Positions 14,283 to 27,512 of a stretch of DNA of 64,000 bases are shown piece after piece (within the stretch, counting starts at the first letter, position 1; every line of letters starts with the position of its first letter). A program made the position numbers and the translations under genes. A model generated the notes under the pieces. The model was not told the origin of the DNA. It was given only the letters and a program-made list of their open reading frames with translations, and made no database searches. The stretch comes from Camelus dromedarius (Eukaryota): the NCBI RefSeq assembly GCF_036321535.1, contig NC_087437.1, positions 26,848,001 through 26,912,000 of the forward strand, written 5' to 3'.

Positions 14283-14358
14283 TGTATAACCAACTGTCCT
14301 GGTTTGCACTAAGCCTCACAAAGTCCCAGGCAATCCCAGGATGAGTTGGCCACCTTAC
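14283..14358. mobile_element. hAT-Blackjack (MER81/MER94-like) MITE remnant
   Basis: Imperfect inverted ends ACCAACTGTCCTGGTTTGC ... GCAATCCCAGGATGAGTTGGCCACCT. Confidence 0.55.
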
Positions 14359-15559
14359 AAGTGTTTAATTTCAAGAAAACATTAGCTTCATGAGAGAATA
14401 GGTGAGATGAAGGGGAAGCAATCATCAAAGAAATAAGAGAAGAAAATGTCTCTGAGGTGAAGAGAGGTTTTAGTCTTCAGGTCAAGAGGGTTCAGTAATG
14501 GCCAGTAATTACAGAAAAGAGAGGCACAATTAGTTACATCCTGATGGACTTTCTAAATTTCAAGGATCAAGAGAAAAACCCTTTAAGATTACATATACAC
14601 AACAAATTGAAATGAATAAAATAAATTAGTAAGGTGTCAAAACGCAATATTTATTTTACATTCCCTTAACAAAAAGATATTTGCTTTAGCTTTCTGAGAT
14701 AAGAGAGAAAAGAAATAAAGAAGAATTGTCCTTTAAATACAAATATAACAATGAGGGTAATAAAATGGAAATAGAAAACAATACCACAAAAGAGGGACAT
14801 ACGAACATGTTGGCATTGTTAACGTAATTTATTTGATTTTGGCATCAAATTTGGCTGTAAGCTTCCTGGTTGGTGGTGGAGAGGTTAGGAATCACAGTCG
14901 TTCAGATTGCTGTTCTTATGATGAAAGAAGAAGGATGTGAGTTTCTCAGCAAGACATTTTTTCCTGGAGCTGAAATCTAAAGCAAATTCTCTCAACGATT
15001 TAATATTGGGGGCATGAAGTAGTGTGGTAGATGCTGTACTCAGTAGCATTTCTACAGCAAATGTAGGAGTGAATTTCACATATATGCTTCTTACAGGGAT
15101 CTTCATTAAACTCAGTGAAGGGTTTCAAGGTGTATAAATACATTATAGCCTAGAAACATTATTTGATCCAAGGATAGAACTTTGAATATCCTAGAGAAGA
15201 AGATGAATAGTATATTATTAGTTAGTGTTCTCTGAATATTATTTCTATTAGCCAGACTAATGTAATAATGTGATTTGTGGTCTTATGTCTGAAAAGAAAT
15301 TAACTCTGGTGTTCTTTAATACTGATTGAGGGTATGTAAAAATTCCAGTTTCTTTTGACTAGAAATTTTATTAATTTCAGGGGGAGATGTGAATAAATAT
15401 AAATAAAAAAGGTCACTGAGCTGCTCTAAAGTTTCTATAAAACTGACAAATAGCATTAACAAATTATTCCAACTTGTCAAATTATTCCACTTGAATGGAC
15501 TTTATCAGGAATAACTGAATGCATGAGAATGACTCGCCATAGAAACGAGTACTGTAATA

Positions 15560-15760
15560 GTAGTAAATAACTATGATTTATGTATTAATTATATACTAGG
15601 GGCCAGATACTGTGGTAAGTGAACTACCTTTATCTCATTTAATACTATGATTAAAGCAGGTGATTATGAAGGTAAGTACTAGTGATACTTCCATTTTTCA
15701 GAGGAGGAAAAATAAAGCTCAGAGAAGTAAAACAACTTACTAAAGTTCAGATAAGTTGAA
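15560..15760 (-). mobile_element. MIR
   Basis: CCATTTTTCAGAGGAGGAAA..GCTCAGAGAAGTAAAACAACTT core. Confidence 0.65.
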
Positions 15761-16318
15761 ATCCGTTCCATCTGTCTGAGTTATATTGTTATTTTGTTAG
15801 CTCACTTTGCATTTGACAAATATCATCCTTCCCATTTCCTTAAGTCCCCAGAACCATAAGCATTTGTAACCATCCTTTCCTTCTTACGGACATTTTCATT
15901 AAAATATCTGTTTTTTTTTTTAATTCCAGTTTCAAGGGAAATACAGTGAGACTTTGTATACCTAGCCCTTTCATCACCGATATTAGCATTGGACATCAAA
16001 TTTGTGTGAGATTAGGCTATTATGCTTCACATAATGAATATTATTTTAGTAGCTATAAATAGTATTAACTCTTATTAGTTTTACTTCTCTTCTGGCACTC
16101 TCAATAAATTTAATAAATATTGTAACACTTTCATTAATGCAAATCAAATTGTTGACCAAAATATTGTTATAAACTCAATCTTAATAGTTCTAAAGTAAAG
16201 AAACTTCTTTCACATGGTATCTGTTTGAATGGGCAAAACTCAGTTTGCAAATCAAGTATGCGCATTATGATCACCTTTTATAAAATACGTATTTGTATAA
16301 ACATAATATTTTTAAATA

Positions 16319-16534
16319 CACTTGGCTCTTGAACAACACAGGTTTGAACTGTATGTGTCCACTTATATGTAGGTTTTTTTCAATAGTAAATACTGCAGTG
16401 CTACACAATCCCAGGTTGGTTGAATCTGCAGATGCAGAGCCACCCATCCAGAGGGTGGACTGTAAAGGTGTATGTGGATTTTCAGCTCCTCAGAGGAATG
16501 GCCCCTAGCCCCTGAGTTGTTCAAGGGTCAATTG
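16319..16534. mobile_element. Tigger2-derived MITE (MER8-like)
   Basis: TIRs CACTTGGCTCTTGAACAAC / GTTGTTCAAGGGTCAATTG flanked by TA at 16317-16318 and 16535-16536. Internal GTTGGTTGAATCTGCAGATGCAGA motif. Confidence 0.85.
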
Positions 16535-18754
16535 TACATAAGCATACAAAAAAGCATTAGAGAGATATAGTAAAAATATTAACCCTGTTTATCTCTGGGT
16601 GGCAGGACTTGGGTGGCTTTTATTTTCTTCTTTTTACTTGTCCATAGGTTTGAATAACTTGTATTATCTTTGCAAGAAGAAAAAATAATAATATTGTTGC
16701 TTTACTTAAAGGCATGCAAGAGTGGGAGCAAAAGGTGGCCCTACTCATTCCTAAAGCACGTCAGCCAGGTGACCTTCCTGTACCACCATCTACCTCTTGC
16801 ATCATTGAAGTTGCACTTTAAGGACTTACATGATGATTTTAAGGGTTATAGGAAAGAGTATAATTTGGGTTGGAGACCACCCCTAACTTTGCCTTGTTAG
16901 CACCTATGTGACTTGAGGCCAATTTTCACACTTTTGATTATTTGGTTCTTCATTTTCAAAATGGAGACTGGACTGTTGTGAGCCCAAAACAAAATCACTG
17001 ACACAGAGTAAAATGCCTGGAACAAAGTAGTGCTCAGTAAATAGTATATGCCATTGCTTGCCTCATTCCTCAAAGGATTTGTCCTCCTTCTATAGACGTT
17101 GGTTCTCTTCCCTGAGTTATCTTCATGTAAACCTCAGTTTCAGTTAAATAATTAAATTCTACTTTTCCCACATTCACTAGTTAGGAGTAGAGAAAAGGAC
17201 GAAAAGGAAGACTTACTGAGGACCTACTGAGTATCAGGCACTATGTCCTATGTGTTACTTTGCTTAAGGAAGGCTTTGTATTTTCCTAAACACAAACATC
17301 TGTGAAGTCTCAAGTTTCTACCTTATTATTAATGCATTTGCCTCATGAGAACTATCTTACATTATATCATCATTCACCCTAAAACATTCTCTTTAGTCCT
17401 ATTTCTATCTTCACAGACCTCTAGTTGTGACACAGAAGTTTGGTTGATCATGACTTTATCACAGTTCACACGTTCAGAACTTCATTTCATAGCCTTTAAG
17501 ACCATAGAAATGTAAATTACATTTTTCTATCCATTTACATGTCAAAAAGTCTCAAATTTTTATTTTTTACATTAATAGGTTTGTAATCAGTCCCTCTAAT
17601 ATATGTTAAGCATGCTTTACTTAAATGAGCCTTATTCTAGATGGAGAAAATTAAACAAAAAGATAATGAAATGGGTATGTCTAATCATCAGGCCCCAGTA
17701 TTGAAAGTTTGACTAAGTTTATTTACCCTTCTAAAAAGAACTAAATCTCAATCACATTTATAATTCAGGAAAGCATTCCAGTACAAGAATGTTTCTGGGT
17801 CTATGACAACTTGTTTTCTTTATAACTGTGCCTCAATATTTCAGGCAGAGACAGTTAAGCAATTGTAGGGAGGTCTGCAAGACTTGGGAATGGCGCCTCC
17901 CTTCCTAATGATCTATTGCAGTTGTATTACACACGGATTGCACAACAAAGGTTTCTATTTTCCTACTTTTTTTCTTTAACATGTGTCAATTAAACCTCTT
18001 TTTTTTTCTTCACTTCCTTAAAGCCTCACTCTTTCTCATCTTTTACCCTTTTGTTTCCCTGACATGAAAACTCTAAGAAGGCAAATTGCTAATTGCATCC
18101 CTCAAAGCCCCAAATAAATATAATTAGCCACACAAACCTGACCTGCCTCTTCTCTCCTGAAAGCTTTCACAGCAACTTATCTACTAAACCTCAGGTTTTC
18201 TACAAACACATTTCCTAGGAAATGTCCCCAGATGGCATGTGATCTTTCCATTTTAGACAAGCTGCCTTGATCAGGTGTCACCCAACTGACCTGCTTTTCT
18301 CCACCTTTATTCTCAGCACAATGTTGTCTCAACAGACTATCCACTAAGTCCTGGTTTTTCTTCACTGAATTCCATTCTCACGTCTATGCCTACACCACAC
18401 CTGCCACATGCACTAGTTGCTAATATACCTTTTGTTAGTCCCTCATGATTCTCACAGGGACTCTGAGCAACCTTGAAACTCTGTCATCATTTCCCCAGTG
18501 TTCTCTTCCAATTCTTTGCCTGTATTGAGCTTGGCTTCAGGTTTTCATCTCCCCAATTCCTTTTTTTTTTTTTTTTTTTTTTAGTTTCCAGTTGGTTGGG
18601 AGCCAGCCCTCTGCTCTCTACCCCATGCTCACCTTGCAAGCCACCCTATCCTGGTCATCTTTATTTATACCTCCCTCACTATTTAAGGGAGTAAATCCAA
18701 CTCAGAGCAGTGAAGATGAGTCACAGGGGAAGAAATCAATGGGGGCTCCAGGAT

Positions 18755-19350
18755 GCTCTTAGATCACAGATCATAGAGCAAAAGGGATTCCAGAGACCTT
18801 CTAGTCCAATTCTGCCATTTCACTGATGACAGAGCTGGGACCTCAAAGTCTGAAGTCAAAAGACCTTTCAAATAAATCAGTACCAGAGCTGCCAGGAAGA
18901 GCATTTCCATGTGGTTAAAATCATTGACTTTGGAATCACATGAACCTGAGTTCAAATCCCACACTGTGTGGTCTTGTACCATTAATTTAAACCGTCTAAA
19001 CCACAGTATCCTTACAATTAACATGGGGATGATAACACCTATCTTACTGGATTGTTGGGCTGGAAATATGGTAGTTATTAATTATTAACTATAATCCAGC
19101 TCTATCAACTTTTAGTCTAACGCTCTTTACAAGATAATGCTATTATTATGGTTCTAGTGCCAATCTTTCAAGATTCCATTTTTAATCTTGACTAATAGTG
19201 GTGTGATTTTGAACAATTTATTTACAAAACTGTGCTTCATTTGGTTAATCCATCATGTAAAGCTGATACCTAATGTACAGGTAGTTCTGAGGATTAAATA
19301 GATAATCCTTGTAAATAGAGCATTTCACACAGTAACTGGCATGTAGGAAA
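18755..19350. mobile_element. Cluster of MIR-family fragments in both orientations
   Basis: Minus-strand core at ~18810-18870. Plus-strand GACTTTGGAATCA...TGAGTTCAAATCCC...TGTGTGGTCTTG at ~18925-18980, and another + copy at ~19195-19345. Confidence 0.6.
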
Positions 19351-19649
19351 CAACAAAACTTTTAATAGTTCTATATAGTCTCAAATGCCCAGAACAAATG
19401 TATGAATGATCAGGATAATCTCCTGTCATGTACCTTGAAAAATAACCCAGGTTTATATACTAGATTCTCTTTGGCCCATAGTGCCCATATTCATTCATTC
19501 AAGCTAGGCATTAAACAATAGGTAGCATTAGACCATGTGGAGATGAAAGAAAAGATGTTTTCCATCAAAGCAACAACTATAAGCAAAGGAGAGAAAGGGC
19601 AAAGCTCATGGCAGGTCTCAAACACTAATTCATTCTATTTGGCTTCAAA

Positions 19650-20540
19650 GGTGTCTAATTGACCTCCCACCTATAGTCTCATGCCTTCCTATCCATCAGC
19701 CTTGCTGCTGCCAGAAGGAAAATATTAATTTGAACATGATTATAATCCTTCCAAATTTACTGCTGCACATCAAATTCAGAATAAAGACCCAACTCCTTAG
19801 CCCATCTTTCCAGTCATGTCACCATCTCTTCCTGCCATCCCTGCCAGCCTGAATTCCTCCACCTGCCAACTGCCCTCCCCAAATCACTTGCACTTTTCCG
19901 AATCATCTAACTCACCTTCAGCCTTTGAATGGGCTATTCTCTTGACCCAAAACATTTTATGACCTACTCAGCCTTTAAGATTCAGTTCCGAGTTTGCCTG
20001 TAGGAAGTTTTCTATGACTTTGCCCACCCTCATCACTGCTGCCCAAGAGAAGAGTTTCATCTTGGAGGCCCCACAGCAGCCTATGTTTACCTCAAGCACA
20101 GCTGGTAACACATAGGATTTTGTACCTGTACCTCTTTCTTTTATAATGCTAGGCCCTCTCAAGGGCCCACGGTATGTCAGGCACAACTGTACGAACGAGA
20201 AATACAAAGAACGAGAGAGAGAGAAAGTCCCCGCTGTCTCGGAGCTCATGGTTCAGTGGGGTATATCAGGCAATTAACACATAGATTAATGCATGAACAT
20301 TTTCAGATAGTGACAGGCGCTATGAAGATAATGAAATGGCGTAATGTGCTAAAGAGTGGGAAAGGAGAGGGAAGGGAACAGAAGACAAAGTGGTCTAATA
20401 GCATTTGAGCCAAAACCTGATGAGGAGCCAGGTATCCCCGGGAATGCCAAGGGCAAGACTGTTCCAGGTTGAGGGAAGAGTAAGAGCTTGTAACTGTTTG
20501 CTGAAAGAAGGAAAGGGATTGGTTGGGATCTGGTTCAAGA
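19650..20540. mobile_element. Two L2 fragments, + (~19650-20190) then - (~20215-20540)
   Basis: AGAATAAAGACCCAACTCCTTAGC / AGGAAGTTTTCTATGAC on +, and GGAGCTCATGGTTCAGTGGGG...GCATTTGAGCCAAAACCTGA..TGTTCCAGG on -. Confidence 0.6.
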
Positions 20541-20854
20541 ACCACCTGAACAGGAGGATATAGTATATCCTCCAGGATATACTAACTTTTCAGTATAAGA
20601 ATAAAAGACAGAGAAAAGCACCAAAATTATCATATCTATCTTAGACTTGGGGCCTTTGGGGATTGAAGGGGAGTGGTCAGGAACTGACTGAACTGACGAC
20701 CTGAGGGTGAAGCAGGTTTCTATAAACCAACATTTCCTGAAGAATGTTGTAGAAACGCTGGACTAGACCATCGAGTCACTCTAGAGCAACCCTGAAGTCT
20801 CAGTTTGGGAAGTGCTGCTCCTCTTACTCTGCTCCCCAACCCGTGCCCCACCCA

Positions 20855-21038
20855 ACGGTTACTCAGAGCCTTTAATATGCTAAAGCATTTGGAAAACCTG
20901 GTTAGCGTTTATTTCTCAAACTAATGTAACCACTGTATTTGTTTTGCTGTTCTGTTCTGTTTTGTTTTGTTTTAACACAATACTGCTTAAATCCTGTGAA
21001 CTGGTATTTTGTGAAACACATTTTGGGAAGCTTTGGCC
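20855..21038. mobile_element. hAT-Charlie (MER103-like) remnant
   Basis: Terminus GAACTGGTATTTTGTGAAACACATTTTGGGAAGCTTTG. Related ends at 20727-20780 and 20801-20817. Confidence 0.45.
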
Positions 21039-22454
21039 TAAATCACTCTCCACAACCCACAAGCCTTGCTGTGGTAATTTCTGGTTTCTAGTTCCATTTT
21101 GCTCAAGGGAAGCATTAAATAAATAAGGGGATATAATCTTTGGAAAGATACAATAGATAGCTCTTTTTGCAAGTGTGTATGTAAAGAGTGCAAGAGTCTC
21201 AATAAGTCTAATTTCACTACATTTATTCACCTTAAAATAATTTCAACATAATCAAAAATGGTTAATACATGTAAGGATAAACATGTGTCAATATATACTA
21301 ATATAAGTTCCATGAAAAATAAGAAATTTAATTACTAACTGTTAAAATCCAATTTGAATACTTTTTTATGCACTGCAGCTTAAAAATTTTAAATTAAAAT
21401 TAATTTGTGCTCAGCAAAGTGCAAAAAATTTAAGTTTACTCATCACAAACCCATCTTACTCATTTGGATTACAACAATTTTAAATGGCAGAACTATTAAG
21501 CACTTTCAGATTAATTTCTGAAAATCAAATACTTTAGACTTCATAATAATATAGATACTTAATAGAAGGGAAAATATCCATGTCAAAGGTTAATTAACAA
21601 TACTGACACTCTCCCAGTAGCTAAAAATAAGGCTAATAGCAAGTTCTTCCACTACCAGGCTATATTATAATATATTTGAAGTCCACTTGGGAAACTGACT
21701 TTATGTTTCCTGATTAGATTTATTCTAATAAATCTAATTGTGCAAAATGGTTGTTCTAACCATATGAAAATGTTAAATTTCAATCATAAAATTCACATAT
21801 ATATCAACAGAATATGCAGAACCCACTCCCTAAGTATTGATTATACTTATCTTCATCAAATAACTCCTCATAACTTTCCATTTTCTAATAACTTAAAAAT
21901 TAGGAGTCATCTCAAATAAAGTTTGAACCTCAAAATAAGTCAGTGAGAGAATGAATGCTAATAGTATAATAACAATAAACATTAGTAGTGTAAGTTATTC
22001 TCAAACCAAGTTTCCTCTGGTAAATATCAAATAATTTGTTACATTCCTCAAACTGCTTAATTAGTCAGCTGATAAATGTATGTCTAATAAAATAAGGTCA
22101 GTACGTTGTTAACTAAAAGTAACCCAGGCCCCCCCAAAATATTGATTTATATAAGCATCCAGTCAAAATTCACTTTTTAAAGTCTACCTTTTATTTGGCT
22201 TGTAATAGTCAACTCAGAATTATAACTAAGAATTTTTTTATCCTGTTTTAACAAATGCTCAGCTGTTTTCAGCATCTTCATATTTATTCTTTATAGAATA
22301 AAGTACTTTAGCATTCATTCCAGTCATTTGTTTTGGAAGTCACTCAAGTCAAATATCAAGGAAGAATATGTAAGAAAATGCTCAAGTTAAAATGCTCTCT
22401 CAACTGGTTAAATGGCATATTTACATCTGGAATACATGAACCCATGCAAAATTC

Positions 22455-23905
22455 ACATTGTTTAGGGAAAGAATGGTATCTTCAATAAATGCCAGTGGAT
22501 CAATTAGATACATATATACACAAGCGGGAAAAAAAGTCTTGGTCCTCTACCTCAAACTACATATAAAAATCAACTTCAGATGTATTATAGATCTAAATGT
22601 GAAAGGTAGAATAATATGACTTTTAGAAAAAATATAAGGGAATATCTTCATGACTTTAAAATAGGCCAAGATTTCTCAAACGGGACACAGAAAGCACTAA
22701 CCATAAAATAAAATATTAATCAATTGGACTGCATTAAAACTAAGAACTTCTATTCCATTAAAACTCACCATTTAGAGTGAAAAGGCAAGTCACAAAGTGG
22801 GAGAAGATATTTGTACAACATATGTGGCAAAGGACTCTTCCAAAGATATAAAGAACTCCCATTAAGTCAATATGAAAAAACAGACAACCCAAGAGAAAAA
22901 TTGGCAAAAGACTTGAACGATCATATCACAAAACAGGATATCCAAATGGCTGATGAACATATGAAATGAAAATTAAAACCACAGTGAACTACTACCATCC
23001 ACTCTCCAACGACCAAAATTTTCTTCAATTTAAGTGACCATATCATCATTGTAATAAAAAGATACATATAATCTGTATGTTTCTGCAGAATTTATACAAA
23101 AAGAATAAACACATGGGCCTTATCTGTCTAAGCAAAAGAAGTTTCCAGCAATTACCTTTGATGGCCTAGACTTTTTAAATCAAAAATATTAAGTATCAGC
23201 AAGTATGTACAACTAGTGGAACTCATATATTTCTAGTGAGAATATAAAACTGGTAGAGGAACTTGGGAAAGCTGTTCGGCATTATCTAGTAAAGCTAAAC
23301 ATATGCCTAGCATATAACCCAATGATCTTTTTTTTTTTTGGAGAGTAAAGAGGGCATATGCCCACCAGAAGGTATGTACAAAGCTGTTCATACCAGCACT
23401 ATTTATAATAGCTCCACAGGGACCAACAACACAACTGCCCATCAAAAATAGAATGATTAAATTGTGGTTTATGCAAACAATGGAATACTGCACAACAATT
23501 CAAATGAGCAAACTACCGCCCTACACAAATACTGAATGACTCTCACAATCATAATGATGAGAAAAACCAGACAAAAACAAAGAGCAAAAAACCAAACTAC
23601 ACTCTGCTGCTTTTATAAATATTTTATAATATACCACATATTCTATAAATGTATCATTTGTATAAAGTTCAAAAGGGGGCTGGGGGCATGAGCAGCTATG
23701 CTATAGAAGTCAGGATATTGGCATCACTTGAGAGGGAGCACAGTACCTGGAAGGGGGCATGAGGAAGCTTTTGGATGTGGGTACGTTGTACTTCTAGGAT
23801 GCCTGTGGTGTTCTGATGGCTACATGGTTGTGTTCACTTCATGAACATTCATCAAGCTGCATAATCTGTGCATTTTCTGTATGCTATACTGCAATCAAAT
23901 TTATA
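22455..23905 (+). mobile_element. Old L1 (L1ME-like) ORF2 3' part and 3' UTR, with a non-L1 insert at ~23030-23192
   Basis: TCTTCAATAAATG, GATCTAAATGTGAAAGGTA, GAAAAGGCAAGTCACAAAGTGGGAGAAGATATTTG, GGCAAAAGACTTGAAC, GCACTATTTATAATAGC, GGAATACT. Confidence 0.85.
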
Positions 23906-26313
23906 TTTTGAAAATCCTGTTGTGTACATAGAAATGGGTCTGTGGTAAGTGTTTAAAAAAAAAAAAAAGGATGCAGAGTAGAATGAACAACATGGTCCCC
24001 ATTGGGGAAGAATGAGAAAGGAAGAAATGGATGAGTGGATAGCAGGCTGACTGGATGGAAACGCACCAGATATCAATAAAAAAGCTCTCTGAGGATTGGG
24101 CCTTTTATTTTTCTTTTTTGTACTTTTTGTAGATTTCCTTAAGTGAACATATCACCATTGCAATAAAGAAGATAAATGTTATCTATACACTCTTGCCAGG
24201 ATTTAGACAAAAAGAATAAACCAAACTTAGCATATGGGCCTTGTCTGTATAGACAAAAGCAGGAGATTTAAGCAATTGCCATCAATAGCCTGGAAAACTG
24301 AGTCAAAATATTAACACGATGTAAAATATATTTTATGAAATACAGCATTGAGGAGCTGGGATGTAAACTTGGATAAAGACAGTCAGCAAATGACTATCTC
24401 TTCAATGTCAGGAACTTCTTGCTTTAGAGTATCTAAAAAATTGCCTCATTTTGCCTATAAAATCCTAGCATATCAATAGCTCCCCTACCATTGGGACATT
24501 GCAAACATCTCTTCAGAGGGCCAGCGAAATGCATGTTTAATGTAATAAGGCACAGGATAATCCAGCTTCCTTCTAACAGAAGAACTAGATGAAAGAGTAC
24601 ATGTTTCCCCCTCTTCTCCTTCCTCCTCCTCTCCCTGTACATGCTATCCCTTCTCCCACCGTTTCCTCCCTTCCTTCCCATCTTCCTAGAACTGCCTTGC
24701 ACTGCCCAAGTGCCTCCACCTTTTCCCCCTTGCCCAGTTTGCTCTCAGTTCTGGGGGTGCAAGTGGGACTGACGGATCCTAAGCTTCGTTCTCCTAGTGT
24801 CCTTGAAACATCGGCTGAGAGGGAGATTGGCCTCTCGTCACTCTAAAATTGGAAGTGCAAAGAGAGAAGAGAAAGTGAACAATTATCTGTTTCTTCTCCC
24901 TCTCCCAGCTCAAGCCCCTCCCCCTCAGCTCCCCAACCCAGGCCCAGCTATAGGGCAAGATGCATGCAACTGCCAGCGCTGAGATGCGAGCTGTTCAGGC
25001 AGCCAGTGCTTTTCACGTGGTAGGTCACAGAGCAGTAGGGGAAAGGGAAGTGGTGATGCAATATCAAATGGCCATGGTAGGGGTGGGGGACCAGAACATT
25101 GTTAAGAAAAAAACCAGAAGCAGACAGTGGGTTGGAGGCTGAGATTGGCCTTTCTCATATAGTAAGAGAAAACACAAAGCAGGTGCTGTGCACGTTGCAA
25201 AACAATAAATGCTTGTATAAGTGAGATTACATGTATACAAGTTATTTGAAAACCCTGAAATCCTCCAAATATCAGGGATTAATTACAATTATGAAGATAA
25301 ATGTTTTAGGGACTTTCAGAGCAACTCATACATTTAAATAGAGTATGAAAATTCAGGAAAATGAATAGGCATCCCAGAAATTCCCCCAGCAGAAACTCTG
25401 AAACCTGCATCTAGACTTTCCATTTCACAGAAACAAGGAGGTGGGAGGGGGTTTCCACTGGGCCTCAGAGAAGGGAACAAAAAGTCACCTCCTCCCAGTC
25501 TGCAAGTATCTGAAACCCCCTCACGCAGGATTGTGATGGGGCTGGAAGACATAGATCACACAGGTGGAGACTTCAGGCCAGAGCCAGGAGATCAAGAATC
25601 TGCTCACAGAAGAAGTGAGGGAAGCTGCTTGTCTGGCTCTGCTGTCACACCAGCCCCCCAGAACACACAGTAGAGTAGTGTTTGTTCTGTGGCCAGGCTG
25701 TCTGGCAAAACTAGGTGGTGGGGGTGAGAAAATAGCCAGATGGCACCGGCTGGGTCCAGCATTCGTCAGAGGAGAACTTGAGGGGAAGCAGAGAACAAAA
25801 TGATTGGACAGGGAAACCATGATGGCAGATGAAAGTGACAAAGTGGAGGAGGGGATGCTAACTGCAGGGAAGTGATGGCCGGCAGGTTGAGAGAGAGCCT
25901 TGGGGGTGGGAGGTGAAGGAAAAGAAGGGGAGAATAGAGGAGAAGGAGGAACACAGCCCCAGAAGGAGCCAAGTTCACTGCAGAACACAGCCTGAGGCCC
26001 GTATCTGAAACTGTTCGGGCCTAAGAATTGTGGCTTGGGGTGCCTGGTTATATTGGCCTGAGGGTTTCCTTTTTACATAAGTGAACCATAAATGATCCAA
26101 AAGTTTTTTTAACTTTTTATTACAGAAATTTGAACATGCAAAAAAAAAAAAAAAAAGGCAAGCAGAATATAATAATGAATTTCATGTGCCCACTACTCTG
26201 AATTAATAATAGTTAAATCCCAGCCAATCGTGCCTCATCCAACCTCCATCCATTTCCCCCTTTCACATACTAGGGTTTTTTATTTTTTGTTTTTTTTTAA
26301 TTATTGTGGTTAA

Positions 26314-26396
26314 GGAGCAGGGAGAGTATAGCTCAGTGATAGAGTGCATGTTTAGCATGCACAAGGTCCTGGGTTCAACCTAATACTGCCACTAAA

Positions 26397-26443
<47 letters not shown>

Positions 26444-26502
26444 TAACAACAACAACAATAAATAAAAACCTAATTACCTCTCCCCCAAATATCACTAAAA
26501 AA
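26314..26502 (+). mobile_element. tRNA-Ala-derived SINE (camelid vic-1-like) with internal (AAT)n/(AAC)n tract
   Basis: Head GAGAGTATAGCTCAGTGATAGAGTGCATGTTTAGCATGCACAAGGTCCTGGGTTCAA resembles tRNA-Ala(AGC) with A and B boxes. 15-bp TSD AATTAYTGTGGTTAA at 26299-26313 and 26503-26517. Confidence 0.88.
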
Positions 26503-27331
26503 AATTACTGTGGTTAAATATACTCTCATATTAGTTTAAAGCACATTCCATAAATAGTGCATTATGTATCTCTAAAAAGCAAGGATTCTTTTCATTCTTT
26601 TTAAATGACCACAGTATCATAATTATGTCTCACAATTTCTTAATATCAGGAGATATTTCGAAGGCATTTCCACATTGAAGTTTCTCCTGCTGCCGTACAC
26701 AAAAGCACTTGTGCATTTTAGAAGAGCTTAGAAGGGTGAGAGAAAATTTGACTACGAGAAGGCACCAGGAGATGAAGCTGTAGCAGGAACTCTGGGAAGA
26801 GCAAAGATTCAGCAAGAGAGACTGTATTTTATGATCTCCCCATAATACTGCCCTTTCTGGGGCTGTGAAGTGGAGGACAAACACCTTGCAGGACTTAAAA
26901 CATAGCTCTAGAAAACTCTGCAGCAATCACTAGACACACAAAAAAATCAACATTTGAGCTGTTTTGTTGACAAAGAATCAAGAGACCCAAATAATGGGGG
27001 AAAAGGATCTTTTTCTGTTCTGCCTGTCTCAAAGGTTGTGAACATTTTGATGAAGCATCCCAACTGAAAAAGAAAGTTTATTGTACTAATATAGCATGTG
27101 CACCATAAAATATTTTAAAACAGATATCATTAGAGGATGAGATTAAAAAATAAAGATAGAAGTTCTTATATTTTTCCCATACCCTAACAAATCATCTTGG
27201 GCCCCTCCCTGTGAGATCACCACACTTGATTGTCAGTTATCTCAAGAGCAGTCCGTAAGTGGGGAATAGGGAGCCAAGTTTAGCAGGTTGAAAGTGAGCC
27301 TGGGGATACCTGTACAAAAGACAGTAGAGGT

Positions 27332-27512
27332 CAGTGGTCTCAGTGCTGCTGTACATTCGAGTGACCCTGGGAGAGCTTAAGAAATGGACCTAACCTCATA
27401 CCAATCAAATTAGTAATTCTAGAGTGAAGTCTGTGTATTGGTTTTTTGTTCATTTCTTTGTTTTTAAGTACTCCAGGTGATTTTAATGCATAGGCAGCAT
27501 CCAAAAACTGGT
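27332..27512. mobile_element. MER5A-like hAT-Charlie MITE
   Basis: CAGTGGTCTCA...TGTACATTCGAGTGACCCTGGGAGAGCTT ... CTCCAGGTGATTTTAATGCA...AAAACTG. Confidence 0.65.

Noticed and set aside
26320..26392. Possible tRNA-Ala(AGC) genes here and at ~59910-59983
   Set aside because: Degenerate stems, SINE tails and a TSD show these are tRNA-derived SINE heads.
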